This document shows, in pieces, positions 19,130 to 28,143 of a stretch of DNA of 59,308 bases. Each line of letters starts with the position of its first letter. Position 1 is the stretch's first letter. Under the pieces are notes generated by a model, which had not been told where the DNA came from, ran no database searches, and was given only the letters and a program-made list of their open reading frames with translations. The stretch comes from a virus (Duplodnaviria; Caudoviricetes), in IMG/VR virus record IMGVR_UViG_3300030099_001381, positions 1 to 59,308 of that record; one strand, 5' to 3'. The position numbers and the translations under genes were made by a program.

Positions 19130-19890
19130 TTGTTTTCCTCCATGTTGTTTTTATACTGATCGCAAAATTCATTGACATTACACCAATCTTCACATCTATT
19201 AGCTTTGCCTTTTGCTGACATCCACCTCTCTTCATCAGAACATATCACATCTTGTGGGTTTTCTAAAGCATCAATATGTAATCGTATTCTTTCTTTTATA
19301 AATTCTTCTATATCTCCTTTCTTCCAAATCATAATTGGTTTTACAAAAATGGGAGACCTTGGATAAGTGTTAGAATTTTTTGCTCTAGACTTACTCCAAT
19401 CTTTTAATATTGCTTGTATCTCAGCACTTGGTAATTCATCTTTTTCAAATTCTAAAGCATATAAATAAGCATAAATATTTAACTGCTGTTCCCACTCAAT
19501 CTTGTCACCTAAAACTGCATAAGCAGATGTTGTTTTAAAATCTATAATTTTATTTTGATTTTTATCTATAAGATCAACACATCCTGATATAGTGTAATAT
19601 TTTCCATCAACAACTAAACTAGAATTAATTCTCATTTCAGTTATAAGATTTTCATCATCAGCATTTCCATCTTCAAGCATCTTGTGAACAGATGTGCCAA
19701 TAAAAGATGCAATAGAATTTGAGTAGTCTTGTACTAATTCATCTTTATGTTGAATTGATAATGCTCTAACTTTTGGTGGTTGTAATAATTCTGTTACTGA
19801 AAAATCAGCATCACCTTTGTCATAACCCCATGATTGGTGTATTCCTCTTATTATTGGAAGAGGTATCGCTTTGTCGTTTTTGAAATGCAT
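19126..19890 (-). CDS. PD-(D/E)xK exonuclease (Cas4-like)
   Basis: SVTELL, GTSVH, E...SGCVD...IIDFKTT, QLNIY and C-terminal Cys cluster (RCEDWCNVNEFC). Confidence 0.85.
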   Translation of the reverse strand: MHFKNDKAIPLPIIRGIHQSWGYDKGDADFSVTELLQPPKVRALSIQHKDELVQDYSNSIASFIGTSVHKMLEDGNADDENLITEMRINSSLVVDGKYYTISGCVDLIDKNQNKIIDFKTTSAYAVLGDKIEWEQQLNIYAYLYALEFEKDELPSAEIQAILKDWSKSRAKNSNTYPRSPIFVKPIMIWKKGDIEEFIKERIRLHIDALENPQDVICSDEERWMSAKGKANRCEDWCNVNEFCDQYKNNMEENK

Positions 19891-20217
19891 TTATTTGGTT
19901 CTCCAAATAACTATGCTTTCTTTGTTTTCTCCAAACATAACTGAAAATTTAGGAAGGTCTTCTTCTTGCATACCATTTCTTTTTAGTTTAGATAAGTGTC
20001 TTTGAATGAAGGCTCTAATTCTACCTATTTTGTTTTTAGCTTCTTCAGTAGTACATTGCATAATCAAACTGTCTCTTTTAATTTGACCATTATCATCTTC
20101 TCTTGGAGGTCTAAGATCATCAAGAGGTATGTTGTGCTTCATCATAGCACCTCTACCAAAAACTCTAGGTGGTACTTTATCCCTTTGGATAACCCACTTT
20201 TCATTATTGATTGTCAT
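19891..20217 (-). CDS. Hypothetical protein
   Basis: 108 aa with GGGAG RBS, first gene of the recombination operon. Confidence 0.65.
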   Translation of the reverse strand: MTINNEKWVIQRDKVPPRVFGRGAMMKHNIPLDDLRPPREDDNGQIKRDSLIMQCTTEEAKNKIGRIRAFIQRHLSKLKRNGMQEEDLPKFSVMFGENKESIVIWRTK

Positions 20218-20269
20218 TGTTTTCTCCCTGTTGTATGTTTAATTTTATAAATCTCATAAATAGAGGTAC

Positions 20270-20297
20270 ATAATAAGTATATTTTCTGATATGTCAA
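20270..20297 (-). promoter_or_regulatory. Sigma70-like promoter of the recombination operon
   Basis: TTGACA-16 nt-TATTAT upstream of ATG 20217. Confidence 0.55.
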
Positions 20298-20617
20298 ATA
20301 GTTTCATTAAAACAATTATAAAAGGTAAATCTATGGATAAGTCTGTAGATAAAAATAAATTTTTAACAGGAAATGTAGGAATTATTTTAGATATTTTTTC
20401 AAATGAGCTTCACAATATTCATGAATCATCTATACTAGATGTCCTTGAGGGGTATGCATATAAAGATAATAAACAAGTAAAAATAAAATTGGTTAGACAC
20501 CATATCGATACTGATTTTGAACGGACAGAAGTAAAAGTTTTTCCTTTGTTTAAAGAAATAGAGGATTGGTGGAGAGATATTGAGTATCTAGAACACAGCA
20601 ATAAAGATATAAACTAA
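20291..20617 (+). CDS. Hypothetical protein (start uncertain)
   Basis: ORF directly upstream of the primase-helicase. Confidence 0.55.
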   Translation: MSNSFIKTIIKGKSMDKSVDKNKFLTGNVGIILDIFSNELHNIHESSILDVLEGYAYKDNKQVKIKLVRHHIDTDFERTEVKVFPLFKEIEDWWRDIEYLEHSNKDIN

Positions 20618-20630
20618 CAAGAGAGGAATT

Positions 20631-22412
20631 ATGGGAGAAAGAGATTTAATTTATAACCATGTGCGTCATTTAGATTTAGGACAACACAGAATTTTTTGTC
20701 CTTCATGCCATCCAAAAAGAAAAAAACATAATAGAATGCAGAAAGAATTAGCTGTCAGTGTAGATGCTGATGGAGTAAAATATTATTGTCATCATTGTGG
20801 TATTAACGGAGGTATGAATAAAAATTACACAGCGTCATCTGTAGTAAAAAAACAGAAACCAACGATAAGAAACGATAAGGCTAGAGAAATTATGAGAGAG
20901 ATAAAGATAGATAATTATAAACACAACAACGAGACAATTGATTTTTTAAAAAGCAGAAAGATAGATGAAGATATTATAAACAAGTATTCTCTAGGGAATG
21001 TTTACAGTTTTCAAGGAAGGCGTAGAAATGGAGTTGGGTTTCCTTACTACGATAAAGATAACAATATTAAATCAATCAAGTGGAGGTCTGCTGACAAAGA
21101 TAAGTTGTTTAGCATGGAGGGAAACTGTAATGAGTTTTTTAATATCAATAATGCTTACGACAAAAAGACTTTAATTATATGCGAGGGTGAAGTTGATGCT
21201 TTAACTTGGCTTACTGTTCTTAAAAATAATGATTCAGTTGGAGTTGTTAGTGTACCTAATGGAGCACCACAATCTGTATCTGATGGAACTACGAAACCTG
21301 ATGAAGATGTTAAGTATAAATATGTTTGGTCTGCAAGAGAACAATTAAACAATGTTGAGGAAATAATATTTTCAGGTGATGACGATGATCAAGGAAAGGC
21401 TCTGTGCGAAGAACTCGCTAAAAGAATTGGAAGAGGGAAGTGTTGGACTGTTGATTTACATCCATACAAAGATGCAAACGAATGTTTGCAAAAGGAAGGT
21501 GTAGAATTTTTAAAAGACAGACTTAGTAAAATTAAACCTTATCCTGTTTCAGGATTGTACAGGGCTAATGATGTTAAGTTAAAAGTTGAAGAACTATTTA
21601 GAGATGGCAAACCCACAGGATATCAATTGCATTCAGCAGTATCATTACAGATTGCTCCAAAAATGCTTACCACAATCACAGGTTTACCAGGTTCAGGTAA
21701 AAGTAATTTTGTTGATGACTGTTGTGTTTACTTAGCTAAAACATATGGACTCAAGGTCTGTTACTGTTCTTTTGAAAAACCAATGGCAGAACATTTAACA
21801 CAATTAATTACCCATGTTTCTAAAAAAGTTTTTTTTGATACTCCTGATGCACAAAAAATAACACAGGATGAATTAGATGCATCGATGGATTTTATTAACG
21901 ATCATTTTGTTTTTCAAGATTTTTCAGGTGGTAGGTCTACAAAAATTGAAGAGGTGCTTGATGTGGCATCAGCTTCTGTAATGTGGGGTGCTAAAATTTT
22001 AGTTATTGATCCATACAATTGGATTGAACCTGAACAGAATGCGAATATGTCAGAAGGGATTTCTAATATGTTATCTAAGGTACAAAATTGGGCAGTGGCA
22101 AATGATTGTCATGTATTTTTTGTTGCCCATCCATCAAAACTTCAAGACACAAATATTCCTGAAGGTATGCAAATTGGTGGGTCAATGAGTTGGTTTGCTA
22201 AAAGTGATAATGGAATTACTATTCACAGAAATAGAAATGCTTATGACCCTGAAGAAAGAGAACCTATTTGTAAAATTTGGAAAGTAAGATGGTCTTGGTT
22301 AGGTAAGTGCGAAACGATAGATTTAAAACATAACCCCATAACAGGGTGCTTTTCAGCTCGACATAAGCCTCCTGTTAGTTGGGATTTTGCAGATGATATC
22401 CTCAAAACATAA
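20631..22412 (+). CDS. Bifunctional primase-helicase (T7 gp4/Twinkle-like)
   Basis: Zn finger CPSC...CHHC, TOPRIM CEGEVD and DDDDQG, Walker A GLPGSGKS, SFE, IDPYN and VAHP motifs of SF4 helicases. Confidence 0.93.
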   Translation: MGERDLIYNHVRHLDLGQHRIFCPSCHPKRKKHNRMQKELAVSVDADGVKYYCHHCGINGGMNKNYTASSVVKKQKPTIRNDKAREIMREIKIDNYKHNNETIDFLKSRKIDEDIINKYSLGNVYSFQGRRRNGVGFPYYDKDNNIKSIKWRSADKDKLFSMEGNCNEFFNINNAYDKKTLIICEGEVDALTWLTVLKNNDSVGVVSVPNGAPQSVSDGTTKPDEDVKYKYVWSAREQLNNVEEIIFSGDDDDQGKALCEELAKRIGRGKCWTVDLHPYKDANECLQKEGVEFLKDRLSKIKPYPVSGLYRANDVKLKVEELFRDGKPTGYQLHSAVSLQIAPKMLTTITGLPGSGKSNFVDDCCVYLAKTYGLKVCYCSFEKPMAEHLTQLITHVSKKVFFDTPDAQKITQDELDASMDFINDHFVFQDFSGGRSTKIEEVLDVASASVMWGAKILVIDPYNWIEPEQNANMSEGISNMLSKVQNWAVANDCHVFFVAHPSKLQDTNIPEGMQIGGSMSWFAKSDNGITIHRNRNAYDPEEREPICKIWKVRWSWLGKCETIDLKHNPITGCFSARHKPPVSWDFADDILKT

Positions 22413-22486
22413 GTATTCCCTAGAGAATATTTAATATTTATTAACCCAGCTCGAAGCTGGATTAGTTTTTGGTTTGGAAAAAGACC

Positions 22487-22519
22487 AAAAAAAAACACCC
22501 CACTCCGAAAAGTGGGGTG
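22487..22519 (-). terminator. Rho-independent terminator at the end of the leftward early operon
   Basis: 9-bp stem CACCCCACT/AGTGGGGTG with UUCG-containing loop, then 9 T. Confidence 0.85.
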
Positions 22520-22543
22520 AACTAACAAAACGATATATTATAA

Positions 22544-22714
22544 TTAGTCGAAGATAATATTATAGTCAATACTTTTTAGTAAATCTTTCCATATTTTTAT
22601 AATAATTTTTGCGTCTTCTTTTGGTAAAGTAGAGCAATGATCTAGTAACTTATTATTTAAAGTGTAAGTAGCTATTCTTAATTCTTGATCTCTTGGTATC
22701 TTAGCGAACTTCAT
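22544..22714 (-). CDS. Small hypothetical early protein (56 aa, not in ORF track)
   Basis: MKFAKIPRDQELRIATY...; overlaps the upstream stop and ends just before the terminator. Confidence 0.5.
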   Translation of the reverse strand: MKFAKIPRDQELRIATYTLNNKLLDHCSTLPKEDAKIIIKIWKDLLKSIDYNIIFD

Positions 22715-22889
22715 CGAAAACTTCCCAATCTAAAATGCGTTCAAAGGTTTCCATTTCAATTTCATTAACTAACTCATCATCAGTTTGAATATCGCCATCC
22801 CACTGCTTTTTGTTAACTATTAGAATTCTTTCCATTCTTGCGTTCATAAGATTTCTTTCTAATTGTTCGTATACTTTTTTTACAGACAT
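22701..22889 (-). CDS. Hypothetical early protein
   Basis: ORF 22701-22916; ATG 22889 preferred because of the AGGGAG RBS. Confidence 0.6.
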   Translation of the reverse strand: MSVKKVYEQLERNLMNARMERILIVNKKQWDGDIQTDDELVNEIEMETFERILDWEVFDEVR

Positions 22890-22919
22890 AATTTTTCTCC
22901 CTTGTTGGTTAGGCAAAAT

Positions 22920-22931
22920 TACCTAGACGAT
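22920..22931 (-). other. Putative remote hammerhead substrate site 5 (AUCGUC/UAGGUA)
   Basis: Exact 12-mer, complementary to the ribozyme arms; predicted cut between 22926 and 22925. Confidence 0.65.
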
Positions 22932-23263
22932 TAATCTAAATCAAAATCCATTTCAAAATCTATTTCATTATCAGGAACTGAAGAACTAAATGGAAATCCT
23001 GACAGCACTGCTATTTGCAAAACTTTATCTCTCATTTCTTGTAATTCTTTTTCTTCTCCATAAAGAAAAACTATACAACAAACCATCATCCAAAAAGAAT
23101 CTTTCTCTACGCAATCATTGTTGTATGTAAGAACTATTTCTTTCTCTGTAAAATTTAATGAAAGAGTATCACCTAATTGATGAATAATTTTAACTTTGTT
23201 GTCATCATCTTCCTGAAGTTTATTTCCACTAGGAAATTCTAAAATTTTTACCATAATCATCAA
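22931..23263 (-). CDS. Hypothetical early protein
   Basis: 110-aa acidic ORF. Confidence 0.6.
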   Translation of the reverse strand: MMIMVKILEFPSGNKLQEDDDNKVKIIHQLGDTLSLNFTEKEIVLTYNNDCVEKDSFWMMVCCIVFLYGEEKELQEMRDKVLQIAVLSGFPFSSSVPDNEIDFEMDFDLD

Positions 23264-23422
23264 TATAGCTCTTTAAAATAGCAAACACAACAAAATCGAC
23301 CTCTCAAAATGCTCTCTAAACAAAAGTAGCATCTTATCCCATATAGTTTTATATGAAAAAAAAATGCTACTGTATGAGCCTTAAAATCGGTCTTTATTTA
23401 ATAAACAGCAGAAAATAGCCAT

Positions 23423-23575
23423 TTATTCATCGTACATTTTAATGACATTTTCATCTTCAAGATGCTTGTTATTAATTAGATAATGAATTTTATTTAATCT
23501 AATTCTTTCCCTGACTTCTTTTAGTTTACCAATATACCATATAGATTTACTCTCTTTATCTTCATAGATTTTCAT
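23423..23575 (-). CDS. Small hypothetical early protein (50 aa, not in ORF track)
   Basis: MKIYEDKESKSIWYIG...; ATGA overlap with the upstream gene, GGGAG RBS. Confidence 0.5.
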   Translation of the reverse strand: MKIYEDKESKSIWYIGKLKEVRERIRLNKIHYLINNKHLEDENVIKMYDE

Positions 23576-23832
23576 ATTGTTATCTCCCTAGATTTATTTT
23601 TTAAAAACTCTTCATGAGTTTTTATTGATCTTTCTGCATACCAATCTCTTTCATATTTGGTTCTGTAATAATAAATATGATCTTGAGAAAGGTCTCCATT
23701 AAATCTTCCTGAATTTAATAGAGTAAGAAGATCATCTAAATCTATGATCCTCTTCTCCATTTTGTATTCATCCCAAACATAAATCTTTATAGATTGTGTC
23801 TTGGGAACTTTTAAAAATGGCATATCTACCAT
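23572..23832 (-). CDS. Hypothetical early protein
   Basis: 86 aa, GGAGGAG RBS. Confidence 0.65.
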   Translation of the reverse strand: MVDMPFLKVPKTQSIKIYVWDEYKMEKRIIDLDDLLTLLNSGRFNGDLSQDHIYYYRTKYERDWYAERSIKTHEEFLKNKSREITI

Positions 23833-23843
23833 TTACTCCTCCC

Positions 23844-24233
23844 TTAATTTACTGCTTTATTTTTCCTTGCATCAAACTCATTAGATAATTTTCTTCTTTG
23901 AGATGGGGTCATCTTCACCACATCATCTAATGTTATATTACCAACCAAATCTTTTTCATGTTGCATGGCATTAAAATACAACTCTCTTTCTTTTGGTGAT
24001 AACTTTTTTACAAAAATTAAATTAGCAATAAAATCATAAACACACTCTGATATTGCTTGTTCAGGTGCGTCACACTTTTTTAATTTAGTAACCATATCAG
24101 CAATATAATTTACATCTTCTTGATCTAAATTTATTTCACCAACATCAAGTACAACTCTTACACCACCTTGTTCTAATATTTCAAAGTCACTCATGCGTCT
24201 TTTATCTTTATTCTTTGACATACTGTCCTCCAT
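23844..24233 (-). CDS. Hypothetical early protein
   Basis: 129-aa ORF; the second Met with GGAGG RBS may be the true start. Confidence 0.65.
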   Translation of the reverse strand: MEDSMSKNKDKRRMSDFEILEQGGVRVVLDVGEINLDQEDVNYIADMVTKLKKCDAPEQAISECVYDFIANLIFVKKLSPKERELYFNAMQHEKDLVGNITLDDVVKMTPSQRRKLSNEFDARKNKAVN

Positions 24234-24348
24234 AATAAATTATTTAGGGGAAATCCCTATGGGAAATCCCTATGGGAATTCCCTGAACTCTCTTGCCTAA
24301 CTACTATCATAATACTACTATCAGAGTAATTCCTTTGCAAAATAATTC

Positions 24349-24360
24349 TACCTAGACGAT
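24349..24360 (-). other. Putative remote hammerhead substrate site 4
   Basis: Exact ATCGTCTAGGTA; predicted cut between 24355 and 24354. Confidence 0.6.
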
Positions 24361-24615
24361 CAATTTTATCAGCTCGAAAAGCAGGGGGATGTAAAACATA
24401 AGTATTCCCTAGAGAATATTTAATATTACACCCCCCCTTGGGGATTCAGAATTTTAAGTCCAACACTTATAATGGATACCATCATCTGCATGACGACCAC
24501 AAAATTCACAGTAGCCATCTTCATCGTAATGGTTCATTGATTTTTCATACTCATGCTGTTCAGCAAGATAATCTTGCCTAGTCATTTCGTATTCTTTATC
24601 AATCATTTTTTCCTC

Positions 24616-24852
24616 CTAATTAAATCTCTTAACAACAATAAATCTATCGCCATCAGATACTTCATAAATTGGAACATCTTCTTCTGCATTAATTATTGCC
24701 TGAAACATTTCATCTACAGTTATGGTAAAACCATCTTTATTCGCTGATAAAAAGTCTTCAACTGAGCATTCAAACTCTTGTTGATCTGTATCAGGTGATA
24801 TCCCAATCATTCTGAAATCAAATTTACTTTCTTCTAGACTGACCATTTGCAT
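24616..24852 (-). CDS. Hypothetical early protein
   Basis: 78 aa, AGGAGG RBS. Confidence 0.65.
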   Translation of the reverse strand: MQMVSLEESKFDFRMIGISPDTDQQEFECSVEDFLSANKDGFTITVDEMFQAIINAEEDVPIYEVSDGDRFIVVKRFN

Positions 24853-25135
24853 ATACCTCCTCTAAATGTCTTATCAACATATCAAGACTTGACTTAACAG
24901 CATTAACTTCATCAAGACTACTGTCTAAGTTATGTTTTCTGTCTAATACAATATCGTATGCGATATTTTTTAAATTTTCAATTGGAACTTTTATTATCAT
25001 TTGTTTCCTCCTTTTCTAAATTGTCTAGTAATTCGTGTACAGCATCACTTAATCTTTGAGGGATAACTGTAACATTTTCTTTTTCATTATTATCCCATGT
25101 AACAGTAATGTTCCAATCTACTATTTCTTTTTTAG

Positions 25136-25423
25136 TCATATGCTTTCCTCCCTTGGGTTTAATTCTTTATTCACTTCAGATAAAAATTTATCTACACCAT
25201 TGGCTACATCTGTGGGCAATTCAAAATGTTCATACTTACTTTCATGACCATCTCCCCATGTAACATTAAGAGTGTAAATTGCACTATAATCTTTTTCCCA
25301 AACATATTCATCATTTCCAAAATGATAAACTATTTTTGTAGGAACACCTCTTGACTCTAATTCTTCTGTCAATGCATCTCTACTTATTTCATCTTCAGGA
25401 TAGTGTGTATATGTATTACTCAT
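25136..25423 (-). CDS. Hypothetical early protein
   Basis: 95 aa, AGGAGG RBS, ATGA coupling. Confidence 0.65.
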   Translation of the reverse strand: MSNTYTHYPEDEISRDALTEELESRGVPTKIVYHFGNDEYVWEKDYSAIYTLNVTWGDGHESKYEHFELPTDVANGVDKFLSEVNKELNPREESI

Positions 25424-25647
25424 TTGCTTTCCTCCTTAGAAAATAAATATTTAGCATATTTTATACTAATGTTTTTAATATCACCACTAACTAAGTCTTG
25501 AACAACAAAAGGTTTTTTCCAACCTCCTGATCTGAAATCAACAAGGACATATCTTCTTGCTCCTGTCATTGCGATTTTCTTTTCATCAAGACCAAGTCCT
25601 GTAGTCATAAACTTTAATGAACTAATTTTACTCATGTGTTTCTCCAT
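25420..25647 (-). CDS. Hypothetical early protein
   Basis: 75-aa ORF coupled to the downstream gene. Confidence 0.6.
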   Translation of the reverse strand: MEKHMSKISSLKFMTTGLGLDEKKIAMTGARRYVLVDFRSGGWKKPFVVQDLVSGDIKNISIKYAKYLFSKEESK

Positions 25648-25666
25648 CGATTTGTTAAGGCAAAAT

Positions 25667-25678
25667 TACCTAGACGAT
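25667..25678 (-). other. Putative remote hammerhead substrate site 3
   Basis: Exact ATCGTCTAGGTA, preceded by hairpin 25687-25720; predicted cut between 25673 and 25672. Confidence 0.65.
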
Positions 25679-25726
25679 TTTGTTATTAGGAAGAGGGGAT
25701 CAGCGATCCCCTCTCTCCTATATTTT

Positions 25727-27091
25727 CTATTGATAGACATCAACCTCAACAACCTCTGCCCACTCAGGTGCATAGTCTGTTGTGCCTGTTGTTGCCCACA
25801 CCACAGGATAATCGACATCATCTCTTCTTGAAGAGACATAGCCATCTGTAAAGTAGATAGCGACATCAGGTATCTCAGTCTCATCATGATCAGTCTGATC
25901 TATAAGATTGAGGAAAGGGTCAACTTCTGTACCACCACCTGACATCTCTCTCATGACGATATCTTCTTCTTTACATTTGAAGACATCCCATTTGCTCTCA
26001 TAAAGATCATCATCACCATTGACTGTCATCACTGTTGAATTGATGTAGCAAATCTTGATGGTTTGAATGTTAGGAAACTCATCAGTGATTGCTTGAATAT
26101 TCTTTACGAATATCTGTCTCTCTTCAAGACTGACACTACCTGAGATATCGATGCCAATTGCAAGAGTACCACTTTCCATCGGTTTCTTAGATGGTAGGTA
26201 GATGTCTTGAGCAAGGTATCTTCTTTCATATCTTCGGTATGATCTTTCGTCACCCTCAAAGAATGCAGTAAGATGCTGACTGATAACATCAGTCCAAGAG
26301 ATTGGATTTTGTTGAGCAGACTTTCTTGCATTGCTCATCAACCCTACACCACTTCCATCACCATTAGCTTTCTCTATCAGATCAGCTTGGATGATTGCAT
26401 CAGTGATGCGTTCATCTTCTTCTTGGATAGCTTGGTCAATATCAGATTGTGATACACCATCTTCACCAACAGGAAGATCAAGAACTTCACCACCAAATCC
26501 ATCGGCACTTAACTCTTCGCCATCTTGATCATCATCGCCTGATTGCTGACCACCTTGAGGTTTGAAGTATTTAGTTTTGCCATCCTCATCTTTTTCTTTT
26601 TTGAGTAATGCAAAAACTTTCTCAGCACTCATTTGACCATACTGTTTGTCGTAAAGAGCATTCATGTTTCTGAGCATATCAAGTGTGCGATAGCCATAAT
26701 CATTTTCTAGAATTCTGACTAACTCATAATTGATTACATAATCAGTAGCAATGTTCCAACCTTCAGGGTCTCTCTCACCTCTCCTGATATGATGTTTCCA
26801 CATGACATGAAGACCTTCATGCAACAGGATAGCAAACAGTCTGAACCTTGTTTCATCAAGACCAACTTCGTTATACATATCCTGTATGCCTGATGGCGAA
26901 TATAAAACAACCTTGCCATCTGTTGCCATCATGCCAACCGAGTCATCAGCAACTAATTGTAATGGAAGGAAAATTGAAGTGTAACCAAAGTAGTTATCAG
27001 TTATTCTTCTCTTTGCTCTTACCATTTCTTTCTCAATATCAATTGCTGAGATATTAATATTCCCTAGGGAATTTTTATTTAATGCAGTCAT
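25727..27091 (-). CDS. Metallopeptidase-VWA protein (DUF2201-like)
   Basis: MATDG, HEGLH zincin motif, WNIATDYVIN, MIDAS DISGS, GGGT and YFTDG. Confidence 0.85.
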   Translation of the reverse strand: MTALNKNSLGNINISAIDIEKEMVRAKRRITDNYFGYTSIFLPLQLVADDSVGMMATDGKVVLYSPSGIQDMYNEVGLDETRFRLFAILLHEGLHVMWKHHIRRGERDPEGWNIATDYVINYELVRILENDYGYRTLDMLRNMNALYDKQYGQMSAEKVFALLKKEKDEDGKTKYFKPQGGQQSGDDDQDGEELSADGFGGEVLDLPVGEDGVSQSDIDQAIQEEDERITDAIIQADLIEKANGDGSGVGLMSNARKSAQQNPISWTDVISQHLTAFFEGDERSYRRYERRYLAQDIYLPSKKPMESGTLAIGIDISGSVSLEERQIFVKNIQAITDEFPNIQTIKICYINSTVMTVNGDDDLYESKWDVFKCKEEDIVMREMSGGGTEVDPFLNLIDQTDHDETEIPDVAIYFTDGYVSSRRDDVDYPVVWATTGTTDYAPEWAEVVEVDVYQ

Positions 27092-27092
27092 A

Positions 27093-28133
27093 TTAAACTC
27101 CTAATAGTGATTTAGATTTAGATAATTTCTTTGCAGTATCTTCTCGCAATTCATTATCCTCTCTTAGTGACTCAGTAGTAACACCTTCAAGACTATCTTT
27201 AGCAATGCTAATTGCGTTAGCAATTTCTTCGCTATTAACAAATGCATTGTTACGATCTTCAGCAATGCTGATTGTCTTTTTAAGATTAGCAACTAAAGTG
27301 TTTCTGAAAGGCGATGCTTTTTTATTTGTTGCATCATACTTAGCAAGACTATCAACTGCTGAGTCGATGCTCTCGGTAAGAGCAGTAACAGTATCATTGA
27401 TAACTTTGCTTTTGAATTGTTCCTCTCGTTGCACTTGTTGTTGTCTTATCCTAGCAAACAACTGAGCATGGTTTGGATTATCTCTCCTGCTATAAAAATC
27501 TCTATGACTTGGATTGTCAGTAAAAACTGTACGATCTAAATCAACAGTAGGAATAGCAGAGACATGATCATAAAGATGAAACAGTCCTTGTTTCCAAGGC
27601 TCATCACCCACATAGAAAATCTTCATCTTGCCGTAGTTATATTGAAGACTTTCTTTTTCTTCTTGGGTAAGAGGTCTATCAAGTAAATCATCAACAGGTG
27701 GATAGTCATTCTCGTTGTATGCGTTACCTAACTCAACTCTCTGATCTTCTTTAGCCTTCTGATATTTCTTAACGAAAGGGTTAAGAAAACCATCAACCAT
27801 ATCTGACTTGAAAGCATCCCATTCTTTTTCAACTAACTCTGCATGTTGATTAAGAACAAAATGCCATTGACCTTCATGAGGTATCATCCATTCGGATATG
27901 TCCAAACGAAATCTACGAACTCTATTCTTCATGCTCTTGATCAATTCTTTGTCGATCAATTGCTTTCTGACAGAGAACACATCCTGATTGCCATTGACAC
28001 CATTTGAAACATGAACAGATAATTCTTTGTCCAACTTTTCAAATGTAGGTATTTTAACTTCAAATCTTTTCAGAGTACCTAACTCTTCAAGACCCATAAC
28101 TGAACTAGCAATGTCGATATTATTGTTCTGCAT
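27093..28133 (-). CDS. Conserved partner of the AAA/VWA module (DUF3150-like)
   Basis: ELGNAYNENDYP motif; start moved to ATG 28133 because of the AAGGAGG RBS at 28139-28145. Confidence 0.6.
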   Translation of the reverse strand: MQNNNIDIASSVMGLEELGTLKRFEVKIPTFEKLDKELSVHVSNGVNGNQDVFSVRKQLIDKELIKSMKNRVRRFRLDISEWMIPHEGQWHFVLNQHAELVEKEWDAFKSDMVDGFLNPFVKKYQKAKEDQRVELGNAYNENDYPPVDDLLDRPLTQEEKESLQYNYGKMKIFYVGDEPWKQGLFHLYDHVSAIPTVDLDRTVFTDNPSHRDFYSRRDNPNHAQLFARIRQQQVQREEQFKSKVINDTVTALTESIDSAVDSLAKYDATNKKASPFRNTLVANLKKTISIAEDRNNAFVNSEEIANAISIAKDSLEGVTTESLREDNELREDTAKKLSKSKSLLGV

Positions 28134-28143
28134 TAGAACCTCC

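Noticed and set aside
19126-19890. Cas4 acting in spacer acquisition for the array
   Set aside because: Sits in the standard exonuclease-annealase-SSB recombination cassette; nothing links it to the array.
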